DNA of 63,852 nt, filler included, from Reticulomyxa filosa (lineage: Eukaryota; Protista; Foraminifera), in the NCBI GenBank assembly GCA_000512085.1. It is 20 parts of 20 records of this genome, joined end to end, with 100 filler letters (N's around TTAATTAATTAA, not from the genome) between each part and the next. Parts side by side here need not be neighbours in the genome. Positions count along the whole stretch, not along the records: positions 4,037 to 15,562 come from ASPP01026812.1; positions 15,663 to 18,863 come from ASPP01025602.1; positions 18,964 to 23,050 come from ASPP01020058.1; positions 23,151 to 34,415 come from ASPP01023808.1; 16 more parts are not named here. One strand, 5' to 3'. The notes under the pieces were generated by a model. It did not search any database. It was not told the DNA's origin and saw only the letters and a list, made by a program, of their open reading frames with translations. Positions 13,831-27,245 of the stretch are shown piece after piece (the stretch's first letter is position 1; every line of letters starts with the position of its first letter). Made by a program: the position numbers and the translations under genes.

Positions 13831-15141
13831 CCTTTCTAGAGTCATCCTTTTGCCGATTTTGAATTGTTCCAAAATATAAAACATCTCAAACCAAACAAAA
13901 AAAAATGCAAAAAGTAAAATTATTATTATTATTATTATCATGTTTTTTTTTTTCTTTATTGGCTTTCTTGTTGTTTATTCGTTTTTTTTTGGAGGGCTCC
14001 TGTTTTTATTTTTTTGGTAACCGTTCGATTTGCACGCAATAGATGAAGTAAAACAAATTAAAAAATCCCTCATCAAAAACTTTCGTTTGCAAAAGGTTTT
14101 GGTTTGTGGATTGGGTTGGTTGAAGAAGCTTGTTAGTTCTTATTTCGATTGTTGATTGTTGATCGTTTTGTTGTCAACAATTCTCAAACGAAAACTTCTT
14201 CTTGCTGGTTGTGTGAGTGGTCGACTTCCATTTTGCTTTTGGAAAGGTACCACTTGGTTTAATAAACTTTCATTATTTTTTTCTTTAATTATTCACTTTT
14301 CTGTGCCCGTGTTACAATAAAAAAAAAAGACAAATTTAAAAAAAGAAAACTTTCAAAAATCTTTTCGTAATGAAATCGTATTGTGTATTTCGTGTGTTTT
14401 GTGACAAAATTAACTTTGATGCATAGTCATACACAGTTTATCGTTTTATTTCATTTACTCTTTTTTAGACATATAAGTTTTTTCTAGTGTGTCGAACATT
14501 TTCTTTTTAATCAAATTTGAATACCTTTTTCATTTTTCCTTGATTGATAGAGCGAGGCATTGGTAGAGACAGTGGATCAATTGGTGAATGGCAATAACTA
14601 GAAAGGAATACAAGTGAAAACGAACAAATATGGGTATTGGTAGCAAAAGATGCCAAACGACAACGAACTAAATAGCAGTAAGTAGAGATGTTAGCAAGTG
14701 CATGTGGTAAAACAAGAAGTAACAGCAGAATACAAAACGTAAACAGAACCACATGTACCTTAACAATATACTTTAGTTTGCAAAAAAATGGTGCATTATT
14801 GCGACTCTGAAGAAGATACTTTTTCTACATAAAAAAATACCATTTTACTCTTATTTTTTTAACATACAAAAATTGATTGATGATATAAATATCACAAACA
14901 TCAAATTCAAGCAAACATAATCAATAGTCGAAAATTGTTTAAAAAAAATAAACGCTAAAACTGTTCTAAAGTACTTTGTTTTGTAAGTATAAGTTTGCTT
15001 TGAGAAGTTATCACCATCAAAAATTTACCTTTTTCAAGTAAGGAAATACCCCGTCCAAAGCCGGGACCACTCACTTAGAAAGGTTTTCATTTGAACTCAA
15101 AAAAAAGGATTGCACAAGAAGCTGTCAATTTTTTTTTGAAA

Positions 15142-15514
15142 ATGGCCATTGCGAATACCCAGACTCTTTCTGATGAAGAACAAGATGAATCCCCCTTATG
15201 GGGTCGCCTGGTGCCAACCTCAAAAACACATCAAGTGTTTGAACTAGTACAAGACGAGACCAAATTTGGTCGAGACAAACAACAAGTTGATTATGAAATA
15301 CCTGAGCCTCAAATTTCAAGTATACATTGTATTATTCGGCGAGTGACCGATGATAAAAAAGTGACCTACTGCCAAGTCCTCGACAGTAGCACAAATGGCA
15401 CTTTCATAAACACGACAAAAATTGGGAAAGGAAACCAAGCAAACATGTTTGATGGTGATGAATTGGTGTTCATCCAAGCATCAAAAAAAGACACAAAAAC
15501 TGGAAAGAAAAGGG
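15142..15514 (+). CDS. FHA-domain protein, 5' exon only (Chk2/Rad53/CHFR-like N-terminus)
   Basis: WGRL..FGRD..ISSIHC..DSSTNGTFIN..GDEL is a canonical FHA. Followed by a GT donor and then the contig end. Confidence 0.85.
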
Positions 15515-15825
15515 GTACAGTTCTCTAATTAAAAAAAAAATGTAAAGTCCGACTCAAAAAAANNNNNNNNNNNNNNNNNNNNNNNNNNNNNNNNNNNNNN
15601 NNNNNNTTAATTAATTAANNNNNNNNNNNNNNNNNNNNNNNNNNNNNNNNNNNNNNNNNNNNGATTAATTGAAGAAGCATTTCAGTTAACAGTACGTTTT
15701 TGAGTTTGTTAATGAAAAAAAAGAAATGCTTGAAATATGATATGTAATTTGTTGGAAAAAAATTTATTTCATTTAATTTAATCAAAAAATCAAATCAGCG
15801 AAAAATTTTTTGCTGGAAGACAGTC

Positions 15826-17520
15826 TATCCCCAAATACGAATAGGACCATTGTTTGGACCAGCACAAACTAATACCACAACTATTATTATTCCTTTTTGA
15901 GTAATTTAGGTGACAAATAAAATATTTCAAGCATGAAGACATTAGCATTTGGCCAACAAATTTATAAAGCGCGACTTGTTAAACACACAACCAAGCCAGG
16001 TCGATCATAAACTAGATAGTTATATTCGTAAAGTAAGTTGATTTTACAATTTGTTTTTGTCATGGTATCTTTAAAAAAGATTTGTTGCTAGCTCTTCGAA
16101 GATGCTGTAATTATACTTTTAAGCTGCAATCTTCAATAACACGCCAAGATAAAATAGTTCATTTTTAATCGCTTGGAAATTTTGTTTAATATTATCCAAT
16201 CATAACATAGTGAGTATTTTTTATTTGAAAAACTTGTTGCTTTTCAACGTTTTGTTTTTTGAACATGAAAAATACAACAATTGAACTGAAAAAAATATCT
16301 ATCTTGAAAAGAAACAAAATGATCTTAAAGAATTATCAGATGTTTCTTTTTTACATATCTTAATGCTTTCAAGTAATCAGTGAATTTACAATTGTCTTAT
16401 TTTATTCAACATACACTTAGCTTAAACTTTGTTAACTAGATAAAACAGCTTTTGCATTGTTTTAATGTTTTATTTTTGATATTGTAATTATTTTTGCTTA
16501 ATTTCGTTTCTTTTAACTATATTAATGTTATTTTCAACTAAGTTTTTCTTATTTCAATAAGTTTTTGTTTTCACTTAATATTCACATTAATATTTTCATT
16601 GAAAATTTCAAATTTATTATTATTGTTACAACTTTCTTTCGCAATAATAATTTTTTTGTAACGTATATTCAAACGATTTGTATATACTTATTTCTGATAT
16701 ACATCCTTTTTTTTTATTACTTTTTTACGTCATTATGTCAAAAAGCATGCTGTTTATTATTTACACGCTATTTTGCGTACTCTTGATGACGCTTTGGCTT
16801 AATGCTTTAATGAAACGATTTAAATGCCAAATGTCTGAATTTTTCAAATAATTTATCAGTTACCAGTTTTTGCACCATATAATCACTTTTTTGTTAGTGT
16901 TTTTAGTCAACTAGTGTCAAATAATCATTTTTATTTGAAACTTAGTTATTGTCTTCGCTGTTTAAGGTTGGATGCTTTTGCTTTCATATAGTATTTTGTT
17001 GGTTTTGTAAATTGTTATTATATTTTCTGAATGCATCAATATAGTATTGTCTATTTTCGATTTGCTTTTTTTGTTTATGACTTTTCTCCAGCAATTTCAC
17101 ATTAGTCAGTATATTCGATATACAAATCGTCAACAGTTACTTCTAGAATAACATGCTTATCAACGTCCGTAATATATAGAATTTCGGAATTTTACTAATT
17201 TGCTTATGTTTTTTATTTGATTCGATTTGTGTCATTGCTTCTGCTGATATTGCTATCTTTGACTTTGGCCCCTTTGAAATGTGGTTATCATTGCTACTGT
17301 CGGAGTTCAAAGGCCAGACTGACTATTAGTGTCACTTTTTGGTATAAAGTCTTCATTTGAGCCAGAATCAACTTTTTCATACAAACATTCGCATCAATGC
17401 TTTTTCTGCAAGTGCGTTCAAACAAAAACACAAATGACTTTAACATACAGTCAGTTGATATTTCAACTTCTTTGCGTACACATTTTCTTTTCGGCTTTAG
17501 TTTCATCTTTCACGATATTG
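15826..17520 (-). pseudogene. Decayed copy of the zinc finger/coiled coil/WD40 family
   Basis: 15826-15860 reads on the minus strand as the family terminus (..GPIRIWG*), near-identical to 50086-50110 and 59895-59920. Around 17260-17280 there is a frameshifted 'FKG.VKD' remnant (cf. 40879). No long ORF. Confidence 0.5.
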
Positions 17521-18485
17521 GATTGAGATTTTTTTTGCGTTTTCTATGACTTAACAGATTTGGTATCGACATATTGCAATTGGCCTTTTCATGCACTTTT
17601 TCTGTCTGTTTCTGTGCAAATTTTGTTGAGTTTTCTTTCAATGTCTTGCAAGATGTTTAGCTTGCTTGGTCCAGAGCGTGGATATTGATGACCACTCTGA
17701 TTTTCGACACTTCGTTACCAACATGCTTAGACGATCTGAACTTTTTTGAACGATGTTACACACATACATAGATTAGATTACGTATAGAACACAATTTGAC
17801 CTTGTTCATTCCTCTTTTTTTAAAGACAAACTATTTCAAAAAATCTTGGCTCATGGAATTTTGATAATCAATAATATTCAAAGGTCCAGCTGTCATAAGC
17901 CTATATCACCACCAAAGCCAAAGGAGCATATTTATTTTACACTTTTGATGACTATGTCCAAAAAAAAAAAAATCCTCTTGAAACGCAATTGCTAATATCT
18001 CATGTGTTGTCATAAAATAAAATAAAAACGCAACTTTGTACATGTTATACATTGTGTTTCTTTGAATATGCTCATTTCTCTTCTCTTTAAAATAATTAAA
18101 ATACCTTGCAAAATAATTAAAATGTAATTTCTCTCAAATGCATTAATTAATGTACAGTTTCCAATAACTGAAAACGGGAAATATACTATCGTGTTATTCT
18201 TCGTCATTATCGTTGCTTTGTTCAGTCAGCTTTCTCTTTTTTTTTCAAAAGATAGATCAGATGGGACTAGGATTATTAAGGAAAAAAAAATCAAAGTTCA
18301 GATAGGCTATCCCTTTACAAGTGTGGGAATAATACTTTCAATTAGTAGATTTTTTTTTCAGAACAATTAATTTTATCCTCAGAGAAAGATAGTTTTAAAT
18401 TGAGAAACTATTTTCATTGTACAAACAACTTGTGAACTGTAACAAGAAAGTGTCTGGTCCCCTATTTTTTTTCCTTCTTTAAGAG

Positions 18486-18799
18486 ATGGGCTGTGTTCCT
18501 TCAACGACAGTGGATCCGTATGCAGTGGATGAAGACCGAGAGGAATTGGTTTCCTTTTATAATTCCTCTAGACACTTCAGAGTGTTGGATGATTCTCGTG
18601 AAGAGACAAGTGTGAGAGTGATGACATACAATATTTTAGCGGACGGTCCCGCATATGCTTTGGGAAATTCGTACTCGTACACAAAAAAGGAGAGCAGAAC
18701 CTGGACATATCGTTTCACAAGAATATTAGCACAAATTGAAGCGTATGATCCAGATATTGTATGCATGCAAGAGTCGACTCTACGTACATATGAACAAAG
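18486..18799 (+). CDS. CCR4/nocturnin/angel-like EEP-family nuclease/phosphatase, 5' exon
   Basis: VRVMTYNILAD..RTWTYRFTRIL..YDPDIVCMQE is the EEP signature. Followed by an intron and the contig end. Confidence 0.85.
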
Positions 18800-18963
18800 G
18801 TATTATACACATATATTGCATATATATATGTACATATATATATATATATGTACATATATATATNNNNNNNNNNNNNNNNNNNNNNNNNNNNNNNNNNNNN
18901 NNNNNNNTTAATTAATTAANNNNNNNNNNNNNNNNNNNNNNNNNNNNNNNNNNNNNNNNNNNN

Positions 18964-19400
18964 TCATAATAAGCATCAAAATGTAGATAATGATATTGGC
19001 ATCTATGATTTAAATTGAACTGATTGTCCACTAGCTACATACATTTGAACGCAAATATGGTCGCAGATAGAAGGGATTGATAGGTCTTGTGAAGGAAAAA
19101 GACAATATGATATGATGAGCAATACCAGTTCTGTGCTCGTAGCACTAAATCCACTCAATCACTCTGCAATCAAGCTATTAATTGCAACAGTCTAGTTTCA
19201 AAAGTTCAAAATAATATCCCCATTCAAAGTACATTGCAACTTTCAATAACACTGAAAATTGAATGGAAAAAAAAATTGGAGTTCAATCATCGAACCGAAC
19301 GGAAGCAATCCAAAGACTATGTTGATAACTCTGCCAATTACATAATTAAAATAATATCTATTTGTTTTGGCAGTATATATGTGCAATTTCTCGTTGAATA
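18964..19400 (-). pseudogene. Degenerate remnant of a lineage-specific hypothetical-protein family
   Basis: Minus-strand fragments (LQCTLNG.., QDLSIPSICDHICV) recall a repeated foraminiferan hypothetical family and are interrupted by stops. Recognition from memory only. Confidence 0.3.
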
Positions 19401-21151
19401 ATATTCCATCAAATAAGATTACCAAGTTTTTTTTTTTCTTCATTTGAAGAAACATCTTCATCATTTCTCCAATAAATCATTCAAATTGTACACATTTGTA
19501 TACACATCATCATCTGTTCGCGTTTTTTCTTTGTCTTTTTTCTAAATATGCAAAAACGATGGGAAAATTTAAAAAAGACTTATATTTCAAACAAACAAAC
19601 AAAAAATGATCTTCGTTTAAACTTTGCTTGCTGATTCGGTTGAGACGCAGCATTCATTGTTACATTTCCTCTTTTCTATACAATTTTTTTTTGCTTGTTT
19701 AGTTGTTTTTAAAAATGGTACTATTCAAAAGACATTGCACAAAACTTCATTTCCAACTTGTGGCTTGTTGTCACATATATTCTCTTTTTCATCTATCTTT
19801 TTCATTTCATTGTGCATTGCACATTTGCGTTCACAATACTTCATGTTCGATTCATTCATTTTCAAAATCAATTTGTAGTTGACGTTATGTAAATGTTCAC
19901 TTTTCTTTTTCATCTTTGTTATGTACACGCAATTGAAGAAAGAATCCATGTTTGTAGATGTATTCTAATGCTCTATGCAAGATACGTTTGTTGTAATAGC
20001 GCTCGTTCAATGATTTACTTTTTCTTTTGTCCCCTCTTTTTCTTTTTTTTCAGTATCATTACCACAAAAAAAACATCATGATTATAAAAATGTCGTCCCA
20101 AAATAACTTTGACTATGATTTAATGATTTCTTTCAACTTCTCTTTTGTTTGGTGATCATTCAAAAGTGACAACTAGAGTATGTGAAGTCGATCCGTTTTG
20201 ATATAGTTACTCAGACTTTCAAGATCATGTCATTTCATCTCGTTACTTCATTCAAGACAATAATTGGAAAGTAGTAAATTCAAACAGTTTATTGGAATTT
20301 ATTGACAATCAACTTTTCACTCATTTTTGGATCTCTCTGATCACTGCTCATTACAGAAATCATTTCTTTTCTCATTTCGTAATATAAAAGCATATTTGTA
20401 AAGTAAGTTTTCGATACGCCTTTTTTGTAAATTTGTACAATGGTTGCGTAATAAGCGGCAACTGCGAGAAATAAATCAATGTACTGTTTAATATCCAAAA
20501 AATGAAGCAGTGAGTTTCAATCATTGAAAGTGACAAATCTTTTATTTTATTTTTTTGAACTTAAGACGACGCAGATATGCTTTAAAAAAATTAGCTTGTT
20601 GATTTTTTTTAACGAAAAGACGTTAATATTCCAAAATTTAACGAAATGATGGCTGGTTTTAAGAAAACGATTGTATAATGACAGCAAAAAAAATGGACAC
20701 TTGGATGTTGAATTTTATTCTGACGTAAGTAAAGTTTTTGGAATACAAGTTAAAAAAAAGCGTTTTTGGAGTCGTATTCTAATCTTTTTTAACAATAAAC
20801 AATGTAATAAGATGCACGCGCAACAAATAAACAAAACATCCAGTCAATCACTAATAAATCTGACCAATCAGTCCCAAAGCCATGTAGATATGCAAATGTA
20901 TTATTTCCTAGCAAAAAATTTTTCTATCATGTTTGGCCCCTACGAAGCGTTCATTCTTTTTTCAAAGCAAAATCCAACAGAAATTTAAAAGACATTTTTA
21001 AATGTTAATATTGAAATAAAAATTTTTTTCCACTTGCAAATTTTAAAGAAGAAATAGTATTGCGGCGTTTTGACAGAACAATATTAAAAGAAAAAATCTT
21101 TTTGTTTTCCCATTTTCATTGCCATAATTTATAATTCAATATTTCTTGAAG

Positions 21152-22059
21152 ATGGCAGAGACAAAAGCTCCAGCACAGGCACCAGCACAAACACAAGAAG
21201 CACAAGCAGCAGCAGCAACTACAGATGTCAGTTGTGTTTCTTCGAGGCTTGTGGACTTGTCAGTTTTTTACAAAAAGTTGACACAATTGCAATGGAAAAT
21301 GTTGAATCACAGAAAAAGAAAGAGCCAAGAAAAGGCCCACCAGTCTCCCACGACACCCTTGTCTTTGGTGTGGCTCACATATATGCATCTTTCAACGACA
21401 CATTTATTGTTGAGTTTATCTCTTTAACCACTATTCTTTTTTTTTTCCTCCCTTTTTGTTCTGCGCATTCCCGCACTTTTTTTTTTTTTTTTTTTCTTCA
21501 TGCACTTTGCGAGTATAAAACGTAATCACACAAATAAAAAACGGGACTATTGGGCACAGCACGTGACAGATCTGTCCGGACGTGAAACGGTTGCCCGTGT
21601 AACCGGAGGAATGATGGTGAAGCACGACAGAGATGAGTCGTCACCGTACGCTGCCATGCAAGCAGCCCAAGAAGTTGCCAAAATGTGTTTAGACCGTGGC
21701 ATCAATGCCGTTCACATTCGATTAAGGTAACCCAATTTAAAAAAATCACCTTTTTTTTTTTTTTTTTAATAAACAAAGAGAGAGGATTATTAATTTTTTT
21801 GTTTGCTTTTTATTGTTTGCCAAAAAAAAAAAAAAATTATAAATATGTGTTGTATAAATAAAAATAATAAAAATTACACCTGCCATAAAATTGCAGGGCA
21901 ACAGGAGGTGTCCGCACAAAAACTCCTGGACCAGGAGCACAATCGGCATTGCGAGCGTTGGCAAGAAACAACTTGAAAATTGGCAGAATTGAAGACGTGA
22001 CTCCTATTCCTCACGATTGCACTCGCAGAAAAGGTGGTCGTAGAGGTCGTCGTTTGTGA
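21152..22059 (+). CDS. RPS14: 40S ribosomal protein S14 (uS11); 4 exons
   Basis: Exons 21152-21226, 21313-21408, 21560-21726 and 21897-22059 give [15 protein letters not shown]|[52 protein letters not shown]. Confidence 0.98.
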
Positions 22060-23157
22060 GAGTTTGTTGAATTAAATAATTTGGTATTGTGCGGCACTTT
22101 GAATGATTTTGTATTATTTTGTTGGCATGCTTTGTCACAAAGAACAAAATTGCTTTTTTAACCAAACTTTACTTCATTGCAATTTTTCTCTCTCATTATT
22201 GTTATTTTGTTTTTTTAGTTTTTTTGAAGGCAAAAAATCTTTGAGATAATTGCAAGAAATTCATTCCAACAAATCTCGTGTTGCTGTGCAATAGTTGATT
22301 TTTGGAGAAGGGGAGGATGGTAATGGTTTTTCTCAATTGACCTCCACATATTTATGGAGTAAACAATGTTTTCGTTAGCAAAATTGCATTCTCATTTCTT
22401 GTTAGTAATTTAATTTCATAACAATTTTTATATAAAATTATCATTTTGTTTGTTAAATTCAAATTTTGGAGGAGAGTAAAAAAAGGGGACGTTCTCCAAG
22501 TTCTTGACTTTTTCTATGCCCCTTTTGGCTGAACAAAAACATTACCAATAGTGCGAACGGTGGTCAATTTCTATTTTATCACGTTTTTTCTGCGCTCTTC
22601 TTCATCTTAAGTTACTCAAAATTTTTCATGTTTAGGAGGGTGTTGCTGTAAAAAAAAAAAGCAAGAAAATTTACGTTTTTTTTGGTTCGTTCTTCATTAA
22701 TTATTTTTTTTGTCCATAAAAAAAAAAAATAAACATTTACTTTACTTCATTGATTTTTTTGATTGCTACATGGTGTCTCTGTTTCAGTTAGGCAAGGTGT
22801 CTTTTCGTGTAGATTACCCCCCCCCAGATCTTTTTGTTTCTAATATTAGTAAACATCTTGCCACATCATCTTCTAATTGGTTGTTTCAGAAAGTGCAAGA
22901 GGGAAAAAAAAGGTGTTATGCGTTCAACAAAAAAAAAAAAAAAGTAGATCGAAACAAATAAACAACACGACGTGGATTCATCGTTGTGTGTTGGAACCGG
23001 ACGTATCCAAAGTTCAACAAACTCAACAAGAAACCCCAAAAAAAAAAAAANNNNNNNNNNNNNNNNNNNNNNNNNNNNNNNNNNNNNNNNNNNNTTAATT
23101 AATTAANNNNNNNNNNNNNNNNNNNNNNNNNNNNNNNNNNNNNNNNNNNNTTTTTTT

Positions 23158-23196
<39 letters not shown>

Positions 23197-23296
23197 ATAA
23201 TAAAATAAACAAATTAAGTAAGCGTATACACATGTCTATATACAAGTAAATGTATATATGTATATACATTTACATATATGTAAGGTATGTGTATAA

Positions 23297-24111
23297 CCTT
23301 GTCTTTGTTTATTGACAGGAGCGGGCAACAACGTTGATAGACTACCCGAGCGTGAGCTATGGGATCCACTGCGACTACTGTGAGATCGACTTCGGCTTCG
23401 ACTTGGACTCAGCGCGCTATGGCTGTTGCCACTTCGGCTGCGACTCGACGCGCGACGCTTGTTCCTTCGTTTCGATCGACTTCGGTCGGGCGAGCGGCTG
23501 TCTGATGCTCGATGTTTATGTCTGTGTCTTGAACGGCTTCTGTCTGGAGATAGACTCTCACTGTTTCTTTTTTTTTTTAAAAAAATAAACAAAAAAAAAA
23601 AGAAGTGCGCGATTTTCCGCAAAAGTTTTTTTCAAAATTTTTTTTTTTTGAAAAAATAAACAAAAACAAACTTCGAAGGCTTTTCTCGCTTTGACTGGTG
23701 CTTCTCTTTGTCTTTGTCTTTGTCTTTTTCTCTTTGTCTGTCTTTATCCCTGTCTTTGCTCTTGCCTTTGCGACGACTCTCTTTGTCTTTGCTGCTCTTT
23801 GTCGGATCTTCTTTGTCTTTCGATTTTTTTGCCTCTTTTTTGTCTTTGCTTTCGTCCGATATTTTCTCGTGATCTTTGCGCGACTTCTTCTCTTTTTTAC
23901 TCTTTTCCTTATCTTTGTCCTTGTCTTTCTCCTTGTCCTTCTCTTTGTGCTTCGATTTCGATTTCTTCTCCTTGTCTTTCTCTTTGTGTTTGCGCTCTTT
24001 TGACTTACTGTTTTTCGTTGATTTCCCTACATCTGTCGCAATATCCAAGTCCTTTTCTTTTTCAAGCGACATTACTGAGTCGTAGTCTTTGGAGGGGTTT
24101 ATATCATCCAT
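23297..24111 (-). CDS. Lys/Glu/Asp-rich plus RS-domain protein (probable splicing-associated), 5' part
   Basis: Exon with KEKDKEK repeats (~24111-23672) and exon with SPDRSRSR/SRSRSG repeats (~23561-23297). Remainder lost at the contig end. Confidence 0.6.
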
Positions 24112-27100
24112 TTTATTAATTCTGCATGAACGCCCCTTTTTCAACAAAGATTTCTTTTCCAGCATGTGGTTACACGTTCTGAGTGTTCAAGTTTTCCTGA
24201 TATTTATTTTCAAAATTGGTACCCATTGTACAACTGCCACAATAAGACAAATTCAAAGCCGAATTGGGACCGGGTAATGAAAAAATGACTAGATTGAAAG
24301 AACTTGTCTACAGAGCAATAAAGAAACAATACTATAAGCTAATGTAAAAAAATAATGTAACACTCGCAAAACTTTAAAAAAATCAAAATATAAATTTCAA
24401 ATTATTTTTAAAACAACTAACAAAAAAAAAAAGTATAACTGTAAAATTAAGATTTAAAAAGTTCGAATAAACTACATTCGAAAAACAGAAAATAAAAAGA
24501 AAGTTAGCTAGAACTTTTTTTTATGTTGTCTTTAAACAAAGTTTCGTAAGGCAATGTGGGACGTCTGCTGATAGTAGTGGTACACTAACTGTAATACGAG
24601 AGGTGTTTACTAAGAATAGAATAGTGATTTCGTAAAACAAAAGAAATTGAAATAATAAAACAAGATAACAAAAGGAAAATAAAGAAAAGCAAGAAAGTAG
24701 AAGTAAGTTTGTTGAGGAAGTTAACCTACTGGGGATTCCTCCGTTCCCTTGGCGTTCAGATACTCGTAATATGGACTTGCCCTAAAGCAGTAAACTTGGG
24801 TTTTAAAACTCTACTATATAACAAAAATGACAATCATTCAATACTTCAATTATTATTCCAAGATGTTGGCTTCTGACACTAGGGTTAGATCTACTGTATA
24901 TACTGGTTCATATTATCAACGATATCATAAATAAAAGATTAATTTGATGAATAATTTCCAAAATTTATTTGTCATTATTGTCTTGAAGTACTCGCTAAAA
25001 GAAAGGAACTAGTTTATCACATGTTGATATTTACAAGTAATAATAACATAAGAAGAATTTACAGATGTAAAGAATACACAAAAATTTAGATACAAGTGAA
25101 AATTCGCAAGTTGGAAATTCGTATATATTTGCAAAAAGAAATATAATAAGAAAAATGACAATGAAGGAGAGCAATGAAAAAGTACAAGTAATATCTAGTG
25201 TAAATCGTAAAAAAGATTGTGATGTCAATAGTAGTTTAACATTACAAAGCAGACCAAAAATGATTATACTTTTAAAAGAACTTTAAAAATTTTGTCGGTG
25301 AGCACAAAGTTTACTGGAATTCTGTCAAATAAAATAGAATATCAAAGAAAAAATTGAAATTGCATTTGGTGTGAAATTGAATGGAAAAATCCGATTTACC
25401 ATTTACAGTATAATGCAAAGTAAAGTTGACACATAAAACGGCACATTATAGAAATGATTGATTTTCTTCATGAAAAACAACATTCAGACCTAATTTTTTT
25501 TTTTAAATATCTATAAATTGTGTAATTTTTAAATATCATTTTGGTTTTTTATTAAATCTTTCATAATTGTTTAAAAAATTTGAATATTTATTCATTTTTG
25601 AAAATTTTCGAGAAAAAGTTGACGATCGTGCTTACGTCGTAACTATGAAACTTGACAACTTTTTGAAAAGCATTTTCAGAAAGTCCTCAAATGCGTAGAT
25701 ATTTGTAAAAAAAAGATTAGTCTTCTACGTTGCGTAGTTTTTGAGAAAAATTAATTTCTTTGCGTTCTACTGTATAATGATAGTGACAGTAAAGAATATA
25801 ATGTAAATTAAATATATAATCGAGAAATACAGCAATCGATTTAAAATATTAGGCCGCAAGTAGGTAATCAAAACAATGAACAAATTACAATATTATATAA
25901 ACAAAGGTGATCAGAAAAATTTTTACAATTTAGTAAATAAGCTAAAACAAGCAAAACCATTAATCTATGAAGAACAAAGTGGATTCATGGTAATAGAGTC
26001 AACAAAATAATATTATAAAGTCTGTCATGCAGGATTAATGTTTAAATTATATAATACCGATATCAAATGAAATATGTTTAAATTACTATAGTCGCTGATT
26101 ACAATATCAATCTTGTAGTGACAAATGAAAACTATAGATATATGCCATTTCGAATCTAAACTGAAACAATCTAATTTTACTAAGTCAGCGAACCCATATT
26201 TAATTTATACATCAAAAAAATAAATAAACAGTAAATAAATCAAAATTTTATGACTTAAATGCCATCATGCTTATTTTACGCTGACGACATAATATTAATT
26301 GTGTTTGATCAAGTTGAAAATGATAAAATATTATAATCAATACAGCAAATGGAAATTGATAATAAATCCCGGTAATATCTATATATTACACGAATAATTA
26401 CACTTTGAAATACATTAAATATACTTGCAAATACATTGGAATTACATTCAACTTGAAAACACTTAGCTAGAATAATAGCTGTTAAGACAATAACTATACA
26501 GTTGCTCGAATATAGTCATCGACCAATCTTGCTAAACAAAACAGCAAATAGAAAACGGTATAATCTGCAACAACTTTCACGATTAAAAGAATTGTAAATG
26601 CATATGATTACGTATCGCCATACAATACTCAAATCAATGAACAAAGTGTTACTATTATCTAGCTAGTTGAATTAATGATTTGTTAACTACTAGCTGGCAA
26701 AATTGTGCGATATTAACATAAACATTTATCAGCAGTTACAACTAACTTGTAAAGAAAAAATACATGCGGTAATTCGCATTGATATAATTCACATTGTTCG
26801 TTACGTACATAATATTCTGTTTAATTCTTGTTGCTACATTAAATTAATCTTTTTTTATCAATGAATTGCAAACTAATATATATCTAATAACGTTTTATAA
26901 TAATTGCTCTGTGTTTGTTACATTTATTCCTAATAAAAAACGTTGTAAAGTAGTCATGTTCGCTTTACTGATTATATCGTCTACATTTGCAATCCAGTTC
27001 ATTTCGTCAAAGAGCATATCCAAATTAAGCAAAAGAAAAGAAATAATGAATGAACAATGAAAACAAAACGAATTCAAAATATCATATTATTCAAAACACT

Positions 27101-27245
27101 AAATGTTCTTTTTCTGAAGAGCTTCTTGCAATCCTTAAACTTTACCTTGTTCGACGTAACTGCCAAAAATGGACATACATTGAAAAGTACAAACAATGAA
27201 AAACGACAAGTAAAAACTACAATTGGATTGACGAAAAACATAAGA

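Noticed and set aside
23334-24277. Plus-strand Cys/Leu/Phe-rich ORFs
   Set aside because: Antisense shadows of the K/E/D- and RS-rich minus-strand gene.
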